DNA of 62,451 nt, counting the filler, from Spirochaetales bacterium (GTDB taxonomy: Bacteria > Spirochaetota > Spirochaetia > Treponematales > UBA12059), in assembly GCA_016928955.1 (NCBI GenBank). It is 3 parts of 3 records of this genome, joined end to end, with 100 filler letters (N's around TTAATTAATTAA, not from the genome) between each part and the next. Parts side by side here need not be neighbours in the genome. Positions count along the whole stretch, not along the records: positions 51,821 to 62,451 come from JAFGJV010000035.1; 2 more parts are not named here. The stretch is one strand, 5' to 3'. Both the position numbers and the translations under genes were made by a program. The notes under the pieces are model-generated. The model did no database searches. It was not told the DNA's origin and was given only the letters and a program-made list of their open reading frames with translations. The number at the start of each line of letters is the position of its first letter. Position 1 is the stretch's first letter. Shown piece after piece: positions 58,208 to 62,451 of the stretch.

Positions 58208-60336
58208 GCATGCCCGACTTCTTCGAGACCGACGACATAGTCAAAGGCTACGACGGCGCCATCGTCAAACGAATACTGAGATACGTTAAGCCCTACCGCG
58301 GGCTGCTTGTGGTGGCCGCCCTGGCCCTGGTCGTTACCACCCTGGGCGAGCTGGTGATGCCGGTGGTCGTGCAGAAAACCATGGACGAGGCCCTGGTGGT
58401 GTCCTGGGCCGCCCTGAGCCAGGACCACGAGGGCAGTGCCAGGGTACTTGGCTTGGATGTGCCGGACGACGCGCCCAGGGCCCTTGGGCGGGTGTTCCTC
58501 CGGCCCCACGACCTCTCTACACTTGGGGAAAAACGCAAGGCCGAGCTGCAGGCGGAAGGCGTTTTGGATCCGGGTCCCTACTACCTGACCAGGGAAGCGG
58601 GCATCCGCGTCTTGCCGGGCGGCGTGGCCAGGGACGTGTCCCCCGGATCGAGCATCAACGGACCTGTCCTTGCGGACGGCTGGTTGGTAGCCCCCGAGTC
58701 CTGGGTGGGCGCCCTGAGCCCCGAGGCCGCGCGCGGACTGCGCGCCTCAGACGCGGCCACGGTGAAACGAAACGCGCTGGCCTTCCTCATGATACTTGGG
58801 GTCGTGCTCTTGGGCACCTTTGCCCAGACTTGGACCACCAGCCTGATTGGTCAGCGCGTGATGAAGGACCTCCGCATGGACCTGTTCACGCGGACGACCG
58901 GCCAGTCCCTGGCCTTTCTGTCAAGGCAACCGGTGGGCCGCCTGGTCACGCGGCTGACCAGCGACGTGGAGACCATCAACGAGTTTTTTACCAGCGTGGT
59001 GGTGTCGTTCATAAAAGACCTGAGCATCATGGTGGGCGTGATTGGCGTGCTGGCCGTTATGAGCCCGCGGCTGGCCCTGGTGACCGTCCTAACCCTGCCG
59101 CCGGTGCTCGTGGCCACGTCCATATCCCGGCGCAGGGCCAGGGACGCGTTCCGAAAACAGCGGACCTGGCTGTCCAAGGTCAATGCGTTCATAGCCGAAC
59201 ACGTGTCCGGCGTGGCCGTGGTCAAGTTGTTCGGGCGCGAGCGGCCGAGTACCGCTGACTTCGAGGGGCACGACCGGGAGCTCATGAAGGCCAACTTGGG
59301 AGAGATGTACGTCTTTGCCACCTTCCGCCCGCTGATAGAATTCTTCTCCTCCACCAGCACGGCCGTGGTGCTGTGGTTCGGCGCGGGCTTCCATGAGGGC
59401 GGTCTCATATCCCTGGGCACGCTGATAGCCTTCGTGAACCTGATACGCATGTTCTACTCGCCGCTCCAGGACATATCGGAGAAGTACACCATACTCCAGA
59501 GCGCCATGGCCGGAGGAGAGCGGGTGTTCAAGCTGATGGACGCTGACGAGCGCGTGACGGACCGGCCAGTGGCCAGCCTGCCTGGGCAGGCCAGGGGCCG
59601 CATCGAGTTCGACCAGGTATGGTTCGCGTACAAGGACCAGGACTGGGTTATCAAGGACCTGTCCTTTACCGTGGAACCCGGGCAGACGGTGGCCATCGTG
59701 GGCTACACCGGCGCGGGCAAGACGACCATAGGCGCCCTGCTCACGCGCATGTGGGACGTCCAGAAGGGTGAAATCCGCCTGGACGGCGTGCCCATCAAGG
59801 ACCTGCCCCTTGGCCAGGTGCGTTCCAGCGTGCGCCCGGTCATGCAGGACGTGTTCCTGTTCTCGGGTACGGTGGCAGAGAACATAGGACTGGGCCTGGA
59901 ACTGGACAGGGCTGCCGTTGAGGACGCGGCCAAGGCGGTCCATGCCCACGAGTTCATAGAACGCCTGCCCGGACGCTATGACGAGAAACTGAGCGAGGGC
60001 GCGTCGTCCCTATCGTCGGGGCAGCGGCAACTTTTGTCCTTTGCCCGGGTGGTTGCCCACGATCCGGCCATTGTCATGCTGGACGAGGCGACCAGCTCCG
60101 TGGATACTGAGACCGAACGCCTGGTGCAGGCAGGCCTGTCCGAGCTCATGAAGGGCCGAACGACCATAGCCATAGCCCACCGCTTGTCCACCATACGCCA
60201 CGCGGATACCATCCTGGTGCTGTCGGAAGGACGGCTTGCGGAAGCGGGCGACCACGACACACTCGTCGCCCGGCGCGGAATATACTACAATCTGTACAGA
60301 CTCCAATACGACCAGGAGGTCGGGTCAGCGTCATGA
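58204..60336 (+). CDS. ABC exporter permease/ATPase, half 2 of a heterodimer
   Basis: GRLVTRLTSDVE, GYTGAGKT, LSSGQRQ, LDEATS, IAHRLST. Confidence 0.94.
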   Translation: MSMPDFFETDDIVKGYDGAIVKRILRYVKPYRGLLVVAALALVVTTLGELVMPVVVQKTMDEALVVSWAALSQDHEGSARVLGLDVPDDAPRALGRVFLRPHDLSTLGEKRKAELQAEGVLDPGPYYLTREAGIRVLPGGVARDVSPGSSINGPVLADGWLVAPESWVGALSPEAARGLRASDAATVKRNALAFLMILGVVLLGTFAQTWTTSLIGQRVMKDLRMDLFTRTTGQSLAFLSRQPVGRLVTRLTSDVETINEFFTSVVVSFIKDLSIMVGVIGVLAVMSPRLALVTVLTLPPVLVATSISRRRARDAFRKQRTWLSKVNAFIAEHVSGVAVVKLFGRERPSTADFEGHDRELMKANLGEMYVFATFRPLIEFFSSTSTAVVLWFGAGFHEGGLISLGTLIAFVNLIRMFYSPLQDISEKYTILQSAMAGGERVFKLMDADERVTDRPVASLPGQARGRIEFDQVWFAYKDQDWVIKDLSFTVEPGQTVAIVGYTGAGKTTIGALLTRMWDVQKGEIRLDGVPIKDLPLGQVRSSVRPVMQDVFLFSGTVAENIGLGLELDRAAVEDAAKAVHAHEFIERLPGRYDEKLSEGASSLSSGQRQLLSFARVVAHDPAIVMLDEATSSVDTETERLVQAGLSELMKGRTTIAIAHRLSTIRHADTILVLSEGRLAEAGDHDTLVARRGIYYNLYRLQYDQEVGSAS

Positions 60337-61715
60337 GCAACGAAGCAGATTTCGAGATACTAGCCCTGGTCGACGAAGGCGTGGGCAGCCAAATCCGCAA
60401 AGCGGCCGAAACCGTGCCCGGCTGCGCCCTCCGCGTCAGCTCTGGCGAGGAGGCCCTGGATCCGGAGAACCTGGCCGCAGGCATGAACCTGGTCCTCCTG
60501 GACCCAGAGGCCGTGCCGGTCAACGCGGCCGACTCCATCGTCCTTCTCAAGGCGGCCAACCCCGGCTGCGAGATCGTTCTCCTCCTGTCCGATCAGGACA
60601 TCACCATGGACGTGGAGCTCATGAAGATAGGCGCGTATGGAGCCCTGCCCAAACCCCTATCAGCTGACGACCTACGGAAGCTCATACGCGGGTTGATGGA
60701 GAAAAACGAGGTCGAGCGAGAGAACCGCGCCCTGATCGAGGCCCTGGGCGAAAGCCGGAGCCAGACCATCGTGTCGCACAGCCCCGAGATGGAAAAGGTG
60801 CTGTCCATGGCCGCCCGGGCTGCCCGCAGCGACTCCACCGTGCTGATATCGGGGGAGAGCGGCACTGGCAAGGAGTTGATAGCGCGGGCTATCCATCTCC
60901 TGGGCCCGAGACGCTCCAAGCCCTTTGTGCCGGTCAACATAGCCGCCCTGCCGGAAAACCTGATAGAGAGCGAGCTCTTTGGCCACGTCAAAGGCTCGTT
61001 CACCGGGGCCATGAACGACAGGACAGGGCGCTTTGCCCTGGCCAACGGCGGCACGCTGTTCATCGACGAGATAGGCGAGGTACCGCCGGGCATACAGGTT
61101 AAGCTGCTCCGCGTCCTGCAGTTCGGTTCCTACGAGCGCGTAGGCGAGAACGCCGCCAGGGAAGCCGACGTGCGCATCATAGCGGCTACCAACCGCGACC
61201 TGGAGGCCGAGGTGCGCAACGGCCGCTTCCGGGCCGACCTCTATTACCGCGTCAACGTGGTTCCCGTCACCATACCGCCCCTGCGCGAGCACCGCACGGA
61301 CATTCCCTACCTGGTTGAGTACTTCATACGCAAATACGCCATGAAGGCTGGCAAAAGGGTCCACGGCATAACGGCGGAGGCCATGGCCAGGGTCATGCGC
61401 TATCCCTTCCCCGGCAACGTACGCGAGCTGGAGAACGTCATAGAGCGCGGCGTGGTGCTCTGTAGGGGCGAGTACCTGACGGAAACGGATATTTTCCTGC
61501 CCCTGGAGGACGAGCCGGCCCCCGCCACGTCGCAGATGCCCGAAGGCTCGTATGACGAGGTGATGTCCAATTTCGAGCGGCAGTTTCTTGCCCGCGTTCT
61601 GGAGCGCTACGACAACAACAAGAGCGCGGCAGCCCGCGAGCTGGACATCAACGAGCGACGACTCCGCTATCGCCTCAAGGTGCTTGGCATGGAGAACACA
61701 GACTCCGGGCGCTGA
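60333..61715 (+). CDS. Sigma-54-dependent transcriptional activator (receiver-like domain, AAA+, Fis HTH)
   Basis: GESGTGKE, ESELFGHVKGSFTGA, GGTLFIDEIGE, ATNRDL, FRADLYYR, PGNVRELEN, NKSAAAREL. Confidence 0.93.
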   Translation: MSNEADFEILALVDEGVGSQIRKAAETVPGCALRVSSGEEALDPENLAAGMNLVLLDPEAVPVNAADSIVLLKAANPGCEIVLLLSDQDITMDVELMKIGAYGALPKPLSADDLRKLIRGLMEKNEVERENRALIEALGESRSQTIVSHSPEMEKVLSMAARAARSDSTVLISGESGTGKELIARAIHLLGPRRSKPFVPVNIAALPENLIESELFGHVKGSFTGAMNDRTGRFALANGGTLFIDEIGEVPPGIQVKLLRVLQFGSYERVGENAAREADVRIIAATNRDLEAEVRNGRFRADLYYRVNVVPVTIPPLREHRTDIPYLVEYFIRKYAMKAGKRVHGITAEAMARVMRYPFPGNVRELENVIERGVVLCRGEYLTETDIFLPLEDEPAPATSQMPEGSYDEVMSNFERQFLARVLERYDNNKSAAARELDINERRLRYRLKVLGMENTDSGR

Positions 61716-61753
61716 CAGGCTGGCGCCGGGGCGGCATCAAGCGCCCATACGCG

Positions 61754-62296
61754 TCAGAACGAACCGAGGAAATCCGATCTCAGCACATCCTCCACGGAGC
61801 GTTCCTCCTGGCCGGCGTCCAGGATGGCTTCAAATACTGCTATGTCCATGTACTTGACGGCCAGGGGCCGCTCCAGGGACAGCCGCGTGGCGCCGTCCGT
61901 CCATACGCTTTCCGACGGGGACAGGGTGTCAGGTTTACCGTATTTGGCGGACAGGGTCGTAAACAGGGAGTAATGATCCATCTTGGATTCGTCCATGGCG
62001 AATATCATGACGAAGAGTTTTCCCTCGTAGAACTGGAAAAAGGCGCGCTGTACGTAGGACAGGCCAGCCACCTCTATGATACTTTCGTTCGGGCGAGGCA
62101 AAAGGCTCACGTCGGGCTCGCCGCGGTAGAAATACAGGCTGTCCTTGGCCAGGGCGGCCTTCACTTCCTCCATACCCATGCCAAGGGCTATGCCCCTCCA
62201 TTCCCTGGGCACGACGGCGCCGCTCTGGTCCGCGTCCTGGGAAAAGGCCGCGGCAGCCGCGACCATGGCCAGGATGAACGTCATGGCTCGTTTCAT
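61754..62296 (-). CDS. Exported hypothetical protein
   Basis: GGAGG RBS, signal peptide MKRAMTFILAMVAAAAAFS. Confidence 0.75.
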   Translation of the reverse strand: MKRAMTFILAMVAAAAAFSQDADQSGAVVPREWRGIALGMGMEEVKAALAKDSLYFYRGEPDVSLLPRPNESIIEVAGLSYVQRAFFQFYEGKLFVMIFAMDESKMDHYSLFTTLSAKYGKPDTLSPSESVWTDGATRLSLERPLAVKYMDIAVFEAILDAGQEERSVEDVLRSDFLGSF

Positions 62297-62349
62297 TGCT
62301 CGCCCTCCACTGTAACTATCGGAACATGGCAAGCCGGTGCTGAGGACGC

Positions 62350-62451
62350 CTTCCATAGTGCCGTGAACCTTGTTGAAAATCGCTCAGAAGCAAGCGCGGC
62401 GCGTCCGCTTGGCGTAGCAGGGGCATCTCCGCTACTCCAAAGGAGGTGCCC
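62350..62451 (+). mobile_element. Multicopy element end (copy 2) running into an RBS at the window end
   Basis: Matches 51635-51720, then AAAGGAGG at the end of the sequence. Confidence 0.65.

Noticed and set aside
141..62201. Numerous long antisense and alternative-frame ORFs (e.g. 1067..1930, 2611..3726, 40594..41934, 52321..53463)
   Set aside because: Shadow ORFs expected from high-GC codon bias; they overlap well-supported genes and show no motifs.

Overview
High-GC bacterial DNA whose gene content (TatT/TPAT transporter, Hsp70-like/LysM protein, PilZ-HEAT-comEC-rsmA-bactofilin-mtaB run) points to a Spirochaetales genome; the taxon is an inference. The window is three contigs joined by artificial N-linkers with TTAATTAATTAA (24217-24316, 51721-51820), and every internal contig end, plus the right end of the window, lies in a repeat or IS end. 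The main finding is in contig 1. A complete selenocysteine machinery (selB-selA-selC, divergent selD) sits directly beside an exported multiheme cytochrome c that the ORF track truncates. Read through an in-frame UGA (codon 57, followed by a SECIS-like hairpin), it is a 407-aa protein with a signal peptide and 11 CxxCH motifs. It is co-oriented with an exported two-domain rhodanese and divergent from a system II cytochrome c maturation pair (ResB/CcsA), which suggests a periplasmic sulfur/selenium redox module. SelD is itself a selenoprotein, and the tRNA-Sec has a 7/5 fold with a bulge. Contig 2 opens with a lower-GC defence island: an IS21-like end, a 9-unit 22-23-bp repeat array, an AAA+ ATPase, and a type I R-M operon interrupted by an ImmA/IrrE + PIN cassette flanked by a duplicated hsdM 3' end. 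Housekeeping and envelope genes and tRNA-Lys follow. Contig 3 holds rnhA, a TPAT/TRAP transporter, a heterodimeric ABC exporter and a sigma-54 activator.
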